Below, one piece after another: positions 49,345 to 58,348 of a stretch of DNA of 64,000 nt. Made by a program: the position numbers and the translations under genes. This stretch comes from an uncultured Gammaproteobacteria bacterium. GTDB lineage: Bacteria > Patescibacteriota > Patescibacteriia > SG8-24. Location: the NCBI GenBank assembly GCA_964491475.1, contig CAZBFO010000003.1:253293-317292 (forward strand), in the 5' to 3' direction. Numbering within the stretch: position 1 is the first letter of the stretch; the number at the start of each line of letters is the position of its first letter. Below the pieces are notes generated by a model, which saw only the letters and a program-made list of their open reading frames with translations, did not search any database and was not told the origin of the DNA.

Positions 49345-51984
49345 ATGAGAGAAATGGTGCTTCGGACCGCTCGTCTGCTCGGGTGGCTGTTGGCCCTCGC
49401 GCTTCTGACGAAGTGGATCGTCTCTTCGGTCAACGGGGTTACGGGAAGTCCGTATTTGAGCTGGCCGGCGGCGGCGGTGTTCGCCGTCTCCGCGCTGTTC
49501 GCCGGGCAGCCGTACTGGCTGCGCGGACTGGACCGGCGCGGCTGGCGGATTCGTCCGCTGCCGAAGGTGCTGCGCACCTCGCGGCTTTCCAAGATCATGC
49601 CGTTGCGGCTCATCCGCGTGACGCTGCCGGGTAAACGCTTCGCGATTTTCCGGACGCTGGCGCTGACGACCGCCGTCACCGCGCTGTTCGGCACGGCGGC
49701 GATCCCGTACGTGCGGGCGCGCGTCGCCGAGGGGCTCCCCAAGGACCTTTCGGCGCTGCTGCAGTACAACCCGCCCGTCACCACGCGCGTCTACTCCGCG
49801 GACAACGAGCTCATCTGCACGTTCACCAACGAGAACCGAGTCCGCGTGCCGCTTTCGGCCGTGCCCAAGCACGTGCAGCAGGCGTTCATCGCGGCGGAGG
49901 ACAAGGACTTCTACGCGCACGGCGGGATCGATCCGATCTCGATGGTGCGCGCGGGGACCGTCAACTACCGCAGCGGGTCCGCCAAGCAGGGAGCGTCGAC
50001 GCTCACCCAGCAGGCGATCAAGCAGGTGGTGCTCAAGGACAACTCCAAGACGGTGGCGCGGAAGATCCGCGAGATCGTCCTGGCGGTCGACGTCGAGCAC
50101 CAGATGTCCAAGGACGCCATCCTCGAGGTCTACCTGAACCACGTCTTCCTGGGTCACAATGCCTACGGCATCGAGGCTGCGGCGCAGGCGTACTTCGGCA
50201 AAGAGGCCAAGGACCTGTCGCTGGCCGAGGCGGCGATGCTCGCGGGACTGCCGCGCGCTCCGTCGCACGACTCGCCCTACAGCCACTACGACCGCGCGCG
50301 CGTGCGCCAGGCCTACGTGCTGGGGCAGATGGTCAACGCCAAGTTCATCACCCAGGCGCAGGCTGACGCCGCGCTCAAGGAGGAGCTGGCCATCATCTTC
50401 CGCGAGGACGCGCTCAACCACACGGCGGCGCCGTACTTCTGCGACCACGTGCGGCGCGAGCTCAAGCGCCTGTACGGCAACGAGGCCATCTTCGAGAAGG
50501 GCCTGACCGTGCAGACCACGCTCGACATGCGCATGCAGCGCGCCGCCGAATCGGCGGTCCGTCGCGGCCTCATCGACCTGGAACGGCGCATCGGCTTCAA
50601 CGGTCCCGAAGGAAAGGACCCGAAGTACGCCGGATGCGTCGGACCAGGGGAGGAGATCATCGACGGCGTCATCGACATGGCCAAGGTGGCCGGCGTCGGC
50701 GCCGCGCCGACCGTCTGCATCAAGGGCAAGGCCTATCCGATCCATGCCGAGGATGCCGTGCGCATCGCCAAGTGGGAAAGCGAATCCCGCAAAAGCCTTG
50801 CGGTCGGCGACCTGATGTCGGTGCAGCTCGTGACGGTCACGCCGGACCCGCCCAAGGGCAAGCCCGGCGAACCGTCGCCTCCGGCACCGTCCGGCAAGCG
50901 CTACGCCATTTCGGCGCGGCGTACCAGCGGTCCCGGTCATCCCGAAGCGCTGCAGGCCGCGCTCATCGCAGCCGACCCGCATACTGGCGAGCTGCGCGCC
51001 TACGTTGGCGGCTACGACTTCGTCGAAAGCCAGTATGACGCGGCCTCCATGGCCCACCGTCAGCCCGGTTCTTCGATCAAGCCGTACGTCTACCTGACGG
51101 CGCTGGGTCACGGCCTCAAGGTCGACGACTTCGTGGTCGACGCGCCGTACTGCTACCCGTCGGCGTCCGGCACCTGGTGTCCGCAGAACTACAAGAGCCC
51201 GTTCGGAGGGCAGCAGTACTACGGACGCATCGGGTTGCGCATGGCGCTGGCGTTGTCGCTCAACTCGGTCTCAGTGCAGCTGGCCAACAAGGTCGGCATC
51301 GAGGAGGTCATCCGTACCATGCGTGCGCTCGGCATCACTTCGCCGCTGCTGCGCGTGCTGCCGCTGGCCGTCGGCGCGGCCGAGCTTACGCCCTGGGAGC
51401 ACACCTTCGCCTACACGGCGCTGGCCTCCGGGGGCAAAGTGCTTCCGCGTCATCCGGGTTCGCCGGACGCCGGCATCTTCATCCGAAGCGTCACCGACAA
51501 TTCGGGGAAGGAGCTTTACCGCTATCAGCCCGTTCCTCGCGAACAGTGGCCGCAAGCGGTCAACGCCGGCGACGCCTACGCCATGATGTACCTGATGAAG
51601 GGCGTCGTGGAGCAGGGTACCGGCAAGCGCGTCCGCGAGCTGCAGCGTCCCGCCGCCGCCAAGACCGGCACCACCAACGACTTCCGCGACACCTGGTTCA
51701 TGGGTTTCACCAATGACCTGGTGGTGGGAGTCTGGGTCGGTCGCATGACGCCTGCGCCGATCGTCAAAGAGGCGACCGGCGGCAGCGTCGCGTTGCCGAT
51801 TTGGCTGGCAGCGGTAAAGGAGATGCATCCGCAGACGCCGCCTCGGGACTTCAGCGTTCCGGACGACGTCATGCTGGTCGGCGGGGCCGTGCCTACCGAG
51901 GACTTGGTTCCTTACCAGCGCGGCCGGCTTCCGCTGCAGTTCCAAGGGACAGGCAGCGACACCGGCAATCTGACACCCAAGTGA
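49345..51984 (+). CDS. mrcA: Class A penicillin-binding protein 1A (transglycosylase/transpeptidase)
   Basis: EDKDFYAHGG, GASTLTQQ, RKIRE; SSIK (SxxK), SLN (SxN), KTGTTN. Confidence 0.93.
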   Translation: MREMVLRTARLLGWLLALALLTKWIVSSVNGVTGSPYLSWPAAAVFAVSALFAGQPYWLRGLDRRGWRIRPLPKVLRTSRLSKIMPLRLIRVTLPGKRFAIFRTLALTTAVTALFGTAAIPYVRARVAEGLPKDLSALLQYNPPVTTRVYSADNELICTFTNENRVRVPLSAVPKHVQQAFIAAEDKDFYAHGGIDPISMVRAGTVNYRSGSAKQGASTLTQQAIKQVVLKDNSKTVARKIREIVLAVDVEHQMSKDAILEVYLNHVFLGHNAYGIEAAAQAYFGKEAKDLSLAEAAMLAGLPRAPSHDSPYSHYDRARVRQAYVLGQMVNAKFITQAQADAALKEELAIIFREDALNHTAAPYFCDHVRRELKRLYGNEAIFEKGLTVQTTLDMRMQRAAESAVRRGLIDLERRIGFNGPEGKDPKYAGCVGPGEEIIDGVIDMAKVAGVGAAPTVCIKGKAYPIHAEDAVRIAKWESESRKSLAVGDLMSVQLVTVTPDPPKGKPGEPSPPAPSGKRYAISARRTSGPGHPEALQAALIAADPHTGELRAYVGGYDFVESQYDAASMAHRQPGSSIKPYVYLTALGHGLKVDDFVVDAPYCYPSASGTWCPQNYKSPFGGQQYYGRIGLRMALALSLNSVSVQLANKVGIEEVIRTMRALGITSPLLRVLPLAVGAAELTPWEHTFAYTALASGGKVLPRHPGSPDAGIFIRSVTDNSGKELYRYQPVPREQWPQAVNAGDAYAMMYLMKGVVEQGTGKRVRELQRPAAAKTGTTNDFRDTWFMGFTNDLVVGVWVGRMTPAPIVKEATGGSVALPIWLAAVKEMHPQTPPRDFSVPDDVMLVGGAVPTEDLVPYQRGRLPLQFQGTGSDTGNLTPK

Positions 51985-52039
51985 CACGAAGCTCATCGCG
52001 CTTGCGATGGGCTTTTTTGTTTGTTCGGAAAGTGTGCGG

Positions 52040-52330
52040 AAAATAAAAATAAAATAAGAGGGGCCCGCAGCAAGCGCTACGGGCCCCGGTTCGAGGTTCG
52101 GTTTGGCGGGCGGTGGAGAGGGTCTCCCTTTTAGGAGACCCTTGTTACGTCGGGCTTCTGATCCTGACCATCGCTGGCCTCGTCGATGAAGGCGATCACC
52201 GTCGCGTTTCGGTGCGCGGTGAACAGGTTTCGGGGTGGACGTCGAGCCGCCGGCGGTGCGTTACTGAATGATCGAGGACTGGGAGCTTCGTCTCATCTGG
52301 GCCTCCTTGGCACGCAACCAATTGCGGGAG
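52040..52330 (-). other. Orphan transcription unit of about 280 nt: structured RNA, micro-ORF or frameshifted small gene
   Basis: TTGACA (52361-52356)-17 bp-TAGTGT (52338-52333); AAGGAGG SD plus an 11-codon ORF 52296-52261; several hairpins; terminator 52060-52087 with a U-tract. Confidence 0.5.
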
Positions 52331-52415
52331 TGACACTACCGTATTTTTGCGTCTTTGTCAAGACTCGCCGCCGCGCCTGTAAAAAATCCCCGCACAAAGG
52401 CGGGGATTTCCAGGT

Positions 52416-53021
52416 TCACCGATGACGGCGGTGCGGACGGTGCGACGGTGCGGGCGGGGGATCTTCCTGCGTGCAGGCCTGCGGGTCCCACAGGCCGCGC
52501 CGCGCATCTCGCGCTTCCGCTTCGGCGGTGCGGAACTGTTCGCGCTTGGCGTAGTTGCGGCCGTAGCCGTTCTCATGGGCGAAGCCTTCGCGGACCAGCA
52601 GCTCGTTCACGTCGGTGCCGTCAGCCAGGTAGACGTAGCGGAGCAGGCGTCCGTACTTGTCGCGGTCGCCGGCTTGCGGGTCCGCTTCCAAACGGACGGT
52701 CTTGCCTTCGACCAGCTCGTGCGTGCGTCGCGAAGCTTCCTTGCCGAAGCACTCCACCGGTTTGCGCGGGTCGACGGTTTCGGGCGTGTTGATGCCGATG
52801 AGACGGACCTTCTCGTTGCCGCCGGCCGTTGCCACTACGATGGTGTCGCCGTCGACGACGCGTTCCACCTGGAACGTGCCGATGCGACGGACGTCATCGG
52901 TCACGGCGGCCGGCCCGTTCCGGAGCCAGTGACCCAGAAAGATGCCGGCCGCGATTGCCACGGCTATCGCGGTGCCGATGAAGAGAATGCTCCTCTTCAG
53001 TCGCTCGGGAGAGAACAGCAT
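52416..53021 (-). CDS. Membrane-anchored thermonuclease (SNase family)
   Basis: VVDGDTI, VRLIGINTPET, DKYGRLLRYVY, AEAEAR..RRGLW; GAGGAGG SD. Confidence 0.93.
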   Translation of the reverse strand: MLFSPERLKRSILFIGTAIAVAIAAGIFLGHWLRNGPAAVTDDVRRIGTFQVERVVDGDTIVVATAGGNEKVRLIGINTPETVDPRKPVECFGKEASRRTHELVEGKTVRLEADPQAGDRDKYGRLLRYVYLADGTDVNELLVREGFAHENGYGRNYAKREQFRTAEAEARDARRGLWDPQACTQEDPPPAPSHRPHRRHR

Positions 53022-53191
53022 GCAGTACCTCCTCGGGTGTCGCGTGCACGATTCGACGCTAGCCGAAATCGGCCCAAAAGTCAACCGGGCGGCAGGCATC
53101 TGACGATAAACTGTCAGGCCCTTGACATAACTTTCCGGATGTGCCTATAGTTTCGGCATAACTCGCGCATGGGCGCCCAAGATCAAAAAGC

Positions 53192-54997
53192 ATGCCTGGG
53201 AAAAATGCCGCAAAGAACGTAACCGGCAGTCGGGGAGCGTGGTCCGCCATCAGCAACGGCTCGTATGCCGTTCTCGACGAACGGACGCTTTCCGAAGCCG
53301 AATTGAAGGAAATCGCCGAGCAGATCAAGTCTTCGGATTCCTTCGGCACTCTTTTTCACCTTATCGGCGAAATTCCCGTGCGCGGCCGTACGTTTGACTG
53401 GAACGTGGGCGGGCTCCTTCAGCACTTCGACGCGGACGTCGCCTTGAGCGCATTGCAGCACGTTGATGACGCCGCGTCCCTGCATGAGTCGGTCGGTTTG
53501 GCGTGGGTCTTCGGCCAGTATCGCAACCGTCAGCAGGCGATCATCTCGCACCTGTACTCCGTCGTGGCCGAAGCGAAGTCCTCCGAAGCATGGTGGCAGG
53601 CCGCCTTTTCGCTCGAAAAACTGCATGCGGATGACGCGGTAAACCTGCTGAAACGCTCACTGAAGGCGTCCGAACTCAATACGGCCTCGTACTATCTCGG
53701 TCATCTCGAGGACAAACGCTCGCTCATCGGGATTCTTCTCGTCACCGACGAGGAAGCGCTTCAGGCCGTGTATGCCAAGGTGCGCGAGACCTTTTTGGGC
53801 AAGCCCTCCCAGGACGCGCTCGTCAATTGCTGCTGGCTCATCGGGCGTCTGCACCTTTTTGACGACCAGATTGCGGCGAAGCTGATTTCGCTGATGACCA
53901 GCGAGGTCTACTCCGTGAAGTATTACGCGTTCCTCGCGCTGCAGAACAACGCCACCGAAGGGCTCCGCGCTCCGCTCGAAGCGGCCTTGGGAGGCGACGT
54001 GCTTTCGCGCCGTCTGGCGGCACGGGCGCTCCGCGTCGTCTGCAGCGACAGGTCGCTGATCGCCCTCGAGGCCGCGCTCGTCTCCGAGAAGGAACCTGGT
54101 GTCGTTTCGGAAATCACCAAGACCATCTACCGCATCAAGAATCCGCCGCATCGCGAGCGGCAGACCGTCAAGCGGAAGACCAGCATCCTCGAAAACGGGA
54201 CGATGTACGACGAGAACGCCGATCCCTGCATTTACGATCTCTTTGCGCAGGCGCAGGACCCCGAGGGGCTGTGCTTCGATCTGATCCTGAACAGCCTGGG
54301 CAAGAAGCCGAGGGTCAATCCGGTGGTGGCCTCAATGCGGACAGGCGTCGCGCTGCGGAAGATGTTGGCCTCGATGCCCTTCGAGGGGACGCTCCTGGGG
54401 TTCGACCGGTCGCCGCGCATGTGCGCCTACGTGAAGGAAAAAGTGATGCATGAGCAGAAGTTCGCCAAGAAGGTCCGTGTCGTCACCGGCACGTTTTCCG
54501 AGGCGGTGCGGCGCGAAGGCGTCACTTCCGACCTGATCGTCCGCAGCTTCGGCCTTCCCGGCAGCATTCCCGGCGCGATGGCCGTGCTGGCCGAGCTTAA
54601 GGCGGTGCATGAGACGCTGAGCGAAAACGGCGAATACTGGACCATCGGTTGGGACGAGCTGTTCAACGACGGGCTCAATGCCATGGCCTTCAAGTACCTT
54701 CCCGACGGCATTCAGGCCAGGAACTTCGAGGAGTGGCGCGAAGAGCGGGCGCGCAAGGGCATGTCGCGCGACGCCACCGGCCTTACCTGGTTCAAGCGAG
54801 GCCTGCTGGTGCCCCTGCAGTACGGGTCGCTGCAGGATGCGGCCACCGCCATGGGACATCTGTTCGGGCGCGATGCGTCGCAGTACGTCATCAGGAACGT
54901 GAAGACGGAATGGAGCATGTCGGTAGGCATCACCCGGGATACCAAGAAGAGCCTGAAGCGGGTGATTGCCGAGCTGGAAGCGCAGATGGGGGAATGA
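53192..54997 (+). CDS. HEAT-repeat protein with a C-terminal class I SAM-methyltransferase-like domain (motif I degenerate)
   Basis: WWQAAFSLEKL and RRLAARAL helical repeats; LLGFDRSPRM and DLIVRSFG resemble MTase strands. Confidence 0.62.
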   Translation: MPGKNAAKNVTGSRGAWSAISNGSYAVLDERTLSEAELKEIAEQIKSSDSFGTLFHLIGEIPVRGRTFDWNVGGLLQHFDADVALSALQHVDDAASLHESVGLAWVFGQYRNRQQAIISHLYSVVAEAKSSEAWWQAAFSLEKLHADDAVNLLKRSLKASELNTASYYLGHLEDKRSLIGILLVTDEEALQAVYAKVRETFLGKPSQDALVNCCWLIGRLHLFDDQIAAKLISLMTSEVYSVKYYAFLALQNNATEGLRAPLEAALGGDVLSRRLAARALRVVCSDRSLIALEAALVSEKEPGVVSEITKTIYRIKNPPHRERQTVKRKTSILENGTMYDENADPCIYDLFAQAQDPEGLCFDLILNSLGKKPRVNPVVASMRTGVALRKMLASMPFEGTLLGFDRSPRMCAYVKEKVMHEQKFAKKVRVVTGTFSEAVRREGVTSDLIVRSFGLPGSIPGAMAVLAELKAVHETLSENGEYWTIGWDELFNDGLNAMAFKYLPDGIQARNFEEWREERARKGMSRDATGLTWFKRGLLVPLQYGSLQDAATAMGHLFGRDASQYVIRNVKTEWSMSVGITRDTKKSLKRVIAELEAQMGE

Positions 54998-55005
54998 CGC
55001 CGCCC

Positions 55006-55062
55006 GAAGGGCGACGGCACGACGGGGCAAAGGAGGTTTGCCGGGTCGTGCCGTCGCCCTTC
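55006..55062 (+). repeat. Long intergenic hairpin with an 18-bp perfect stem and GGAGG apical loop
   Basis: gaagggcgacggcacgac-gg-ggcaaa-ggagg-tttgcc-gg-gtcgtgccgtcgcccttc. Confidence 0.88.
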
Positions 55063-55092
55063 ACACGACGGCGACACAGGAGGTGAGTTTCC

Positions 55093-55986
55093 ATGTCAAA
55101 CGTGCATATCTGCCAAGAGCATAACGACTACGTGTTCGGCATCGCCATGAAGGAGGCGGTCCGGCGGGCGGTCAGCGTCATCCGGCGACAGCGTTTCACC
55201 TTCGAGGCGCAGGCCAAAGAAGGCCTGAGCGGCGCCATGGACGACCTGGTGACCACTGCCGACATCGTGGCGCAGGAAACGTACGTCAAGACGCTGGGTA
55301 AGGCCTTTCCCGCCTGGGGCATCGTGGCCGAAGAAAACGGCCTGTCGGTGGCCTGCCGCATGGAAGGTACCGACGCCTACTTTACCGTCGACCCGCTCGA
55401 CGGCACCAAGGCGTTTGCGCGCGGGCAGTGGGACGGCGTAGGGACGATGATCTCCGCGGTCGTCGACGGGCGCGTGATCGCCGCCTTCGTCGGCGATGCC
55501 GGCGCTCCGGCGATCTACGGCTACCGTCCGAATTCCCCGCACGTGCACCGCGTCGGAGATTTCGACACGCCCGAGCTGCTTCGGATCGACGGGCGACGCC
55601 CGTTGGCGGAACAGAAGGTGCTGGTCCGCATGGACCTGGACATGTACGGCCCGCTGCTCCGCAGGCTGCTGCACCCGAGTTCCGGATCGTTCCGGTCGCT
55701 CGAGCGCGTCAACGGCAGCATCGGCATCGGCATCGCGCGGATGTGGAAGGGCGAGGTCGGAGGTGCGGTGATGGCGCGCGGCGTCACTACCCCGTGGGAC
55801 CTCTGTCCCATCATCGGCATTTCCGAACGGTTGGGTTTCGTCTTCCTCCGTTGCACCGAAAATGACCTGGTTCCGTACAAGCCCGTCGTCAGCAAGAAGA
55901 TCGAACGTGTCGACTTTGACACGCTGATCGTCCACGAGAGCCGCGTCGAAGAAGCGCGTAACGCGCTTCGGCGCATCAAGGCGTAG
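55093..55986 (+). CDS. Inositol monophosphatase (FIG) family phosphatase
   Basis: DLVTTAD, AEE, VDPLDGTKAF, PWD. Confidence 0.88.
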   Translation: MSNVHICQEHNDYVFGIAMKEAVRRAVSVIRRQRFTFEAQAKEGLSGAMDDLVTTADIVAQETYVKTLGKAFPAWGIVAEENGLSVACRMEGTDAYFTVDPLDGTKAFARGQWDGVGTMISAVVDGRVIAAFVGDAGAPAIYGYRPNSPHVHRVGDFDTPELLRIDGRRPLAEQKVLVRMDLDMYGPLLRRLLHPSSGSFRSLERVNGSIGIGIARMWKGEVGGAVMARGVTTPWDLCPIIGISERLGFVFLRCTENDLVPYKPVVSKKIERVDFDTLIVHESRVEEARNALRRIKA

Positions 55987-56097
55987 TCGTGCAGCCTTCC
56001 GATGAGATCGGAGGGCTTTTTTATTGACAAAATGCCCTAAAATGCCAAGCTGATTTTATCGCTCATTCCAAGCAAAAGCATAGACGGGAGAAGCCCA

Positions 56098-56760
56098 ATG
56101 AAACCACACGTCAGCGGGCGAGTCGCCATAATGGAAGGTTCAAAATTCAACCTTTCATTGGTGATGACCGCACATGAGTTCGTGCTCGACAATATCCTCG
56201 CCGACGCCGGCCCCATCCAGATGGCGATCGACATGGCTAAGGGCCGTAACCGCTTCGATTGGCCCGCACCCGGCAAGAAGATTGCCAGGCAGATCTGGGA
56301 AAGCCTCAAGGCGCTGCACGACGTCGATGCGCGACCGCTCATGCTGATTGGGCGCGACATTACCGTGCAAGTGCGGCTGCTCGGCAACACTTGGGTCATC
56401 CAGGACGTCGACTCCGGGGAGCTCAAGCTGCACGACGGTAAGCCGCTCACCAGCCTCAACCCTTTGCCGAACATCACGGTGCTTGGTCCTTGGGATGCGT
56501 CCAAAAACGCGTATCGGCTGATGACCGCGGAGCAAGTCGATCGCATCGGCGAGCTCGTCACCGGCCCGCTGGTGCGGCTGAAGCTGGACTTCGAACGCCT
56601 GACGACCGCAAATCATCAGACGCTCAAGTCCGGCTACACCGACTACGCGCGGATTTCGTTTCCGTACGTCAGGTACGGCCTGAGCCGCGAGATCATCACC
56701 GTTCGCTGCGTCTCTTCGGACGGCAAGGAACCGGATCCCACCAGTCACGTGGAGAACTGA
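56098..56760 (+). CDS. Hypothetical protein, paralogue A
   Basis: GGGAG SD, TTGACA at 56024; similar to the next ORF. Confidence 0.75.
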   Translation: MKPHVSGRVAIMEGSKFNLSLVMTAHEFVLDNILADAGPIQMAIDMAKGRNRFDWPAPGKKIARQIWESLKALHDVDARPLMLIGRDITVQVRLLGNTWVIQDVDSGELKLHDGKPLTSLNPLPNITVLGPWDASKNAYRLMTAEQVDRIGELVTGPLVRLKLDFERLTTANHQTLKSGYTDYARISFPYVRYGLSREIITVRCVSSDGKEPDPTSHVEN

Positions 56761-56761
56761 G

Positions 56762-57433
56762 ATGCTTTTCGGAAAAAAGTCAGCGCCCGTCGTCATCGGC
56801 GGCGCGGCGCCCGTCTTCGGAGAAAAGTTCGACCTCGTCAAGGTGCTCTACGCCTATGAACAGCTGTTCGACGCCCTCACTGCCAGGTTCGGTCACAAGG
56901 GTTCGTCGAGAGTGCAGGGCAGTTACGCTGCCATCGCCGACGGCGTCGACTGGCCGTATCCCGGCAAGGACAAGGTCCTCGAAGCCTGGGAGTTCTGGTC
57001 GCAGCGCTATGACGTCCTGGGGGAGGGCGTGCTGCACCAGGTCGGTCCCGTCGAGTCGCGGGCGTTCGTGCTCGCCCGGAACCGGTACGTCTACGACGCC
57101 GCCAGCCAAAGGCATACGCTCAGCAACGGCCAGCCGCTCGAGTCCCTCGACTCCGGGCCGCAGGTGGCGCTCTATGGCAGGACGCGGGACAACGTCATGA
57201 TCGGCATGAACGAATACCTCGCGGAAAAAGTCCGCGCGATAGTGGTCAGCGATCTCGCCAAGTTCGGCTTCGACTACACCACCGCTTCGTACTCCCGCAC
57301 TCCCAACGTCATCGAAATCGTCGGCTCGGTTTCCTTCCCGCACTCCATCTACGGAGCAGGGGAGGACTGGCTGCGAGTCCGCTGCGTCCGACCCGACGGG
57401 TCAGAGGTGGAGAAGGCGATGGGCGGGAATTAG
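56762..57433 (+). CDS. Hypothetical protein, paralogue B
   Basis: Starts 1 nt after the paralogue A stop; terminator at about 57440-57469. Confidence 0.78.
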   Translation: MLFGKKSAPVVIGGAAPVFGEKFDLVKVLYAYEQLFDALTARFGHKGSSRVQGSYAAIADGVDWPYPGKDKVLEAWEFWSQRYDVLGEGVLHQVGPVESRAFVLARNRYVYDAASQRHTLSNGQPLESLDSGPQVALYGRTRDNVMIGMNEYLAEKVRAIVVSDLAKFGFDYTTASYSRTPNVIEIVGSVSFPHSIYGAGEDWLRVRCVRPDGSEVEKAMGGN

Positions 57434-57517
57434 GACGGATGCGGCCTCCCTACTGGGGGCTGCTTTTTTGTTTCGGTTCCCGATGACGGTTTGCGATCGG
57501 GATGATTTGGGTCGGCG

Positions 57518-57567
57518 TTGACATTGTGCACAGTTTGAGCTACTTTGTGTATCAGTAACACGAAGTA
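57518..57567 (+). promoter_or_regulatory. nrtR promoter with overlapping NrtR-type operator
   Basis: TTGACA (57518)-17 bp-TACTTT (57541); palindrome tactttGTGT-atcagta-ACACgaagta (57541-57567) with a GT-N7-AC core. Confidence 0.8.
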
Positions 57568-57572
57568 CCTCT

Positions 57573-58250
57573 ATGCCTTCCGCCATGAATCCGCACCCCT
57601 CCTCGCAGGACATCAAGGTCGCCGCAGACGCGGCAATTTTCACCGTCCAGGACGGGAAGCTCAAGGTGCTGGTTATCGAAATGAAGAAGGCGCCCTTTGC
57701 CGGGCGCTGGGCGCTGCCAGGAGGCCTGATCGACGATCAGGAGACGACGGAGCGCACGGTGCGTCGCGTGCTCAAAGACGAGGCCGGAGTGACTGGTACC
57801 TATCTGGAACAGCTCGGTGCCTTCGACGCGCCCGGTCGCGATCCTTTCGGGCGGGTGGTCAGCGTGGCGTATTTCGCCCTGATTCCTTCTGGTTCCGTGA
57901 CGCTCAAGACCTCACCCAAGTACGCCGCCGTGCGCTGGGCGGCGATCCAGGGCCTCGTCAAGTTGGCGTATGACCACGACGAAGTGCTGCAGGCAGCGGT
58001 GGCCCGCGTCCGCGAACGGCTGGGCTACTCCAACGTGGCCTGGAGCCTGCTGCCGAAGGCCTTCACCCTGGCACAGCTTCAGGAAGTGTATGAGGCCATC
58101 CTCGGAGAGGGCGTGGATAAGCGTAATTTTCGCAAAAAAATCATCGCGTCGGGGCTGCTGGCCCCGACGGGCAAACTGGCGGTCGGCGGCGCACATAGGC
58201 CGGCCGAACTGTTCACTTTCAAGTCCCGTCGGACCGGGTTGACGAAATAG
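57573..58250 (+). CDS. nrtR: NrtR Nudix-related transcriptional regulator
   Basis: WALPGG, YLEQL..F..PGRDP..RVVSVAY, LAYDH; wHTH FTLAQLQEVYE...DKRNFRKK...HRPAELF. Confidence 0.93.
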   Translation: MPSAMNPHPSSQDIKVAADAAIFTVQDGKLKVLVIEMKKAPFAGRWALPGGLIDDQETTERTVRRVLKDEAGVTGTYLEQLGAFDAPGRDPFGRVVSVAYFALIPSGSVTLKTSPKYAAVRWAAIQGLVKLAYDHDEVLQAAVARVRERLGYSNVAWSLLPKAFTLAQLQEVYEAILGEGVDKRNFRKKIIASGLLAPTGKLAVGGAHRPAELFTFKSRRTGLTK

Positions 58251-58267
58251 TGAAAATCGGCTAACGT
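58239..58267 (+). promoter_or_regulatory. Possible internal promoter for pncA
   Basis: TTGACG-17 bp-TAACGT. Confidence 0.45.
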
Positions 58268-58348
58268 CAGCTGTTCTCTTGCTGCATTCGGCGGCAAGGG
58301 GAGAGGCGCTCATTCCACGGCAAAATCCACGACGAAAAAGGAGACATC

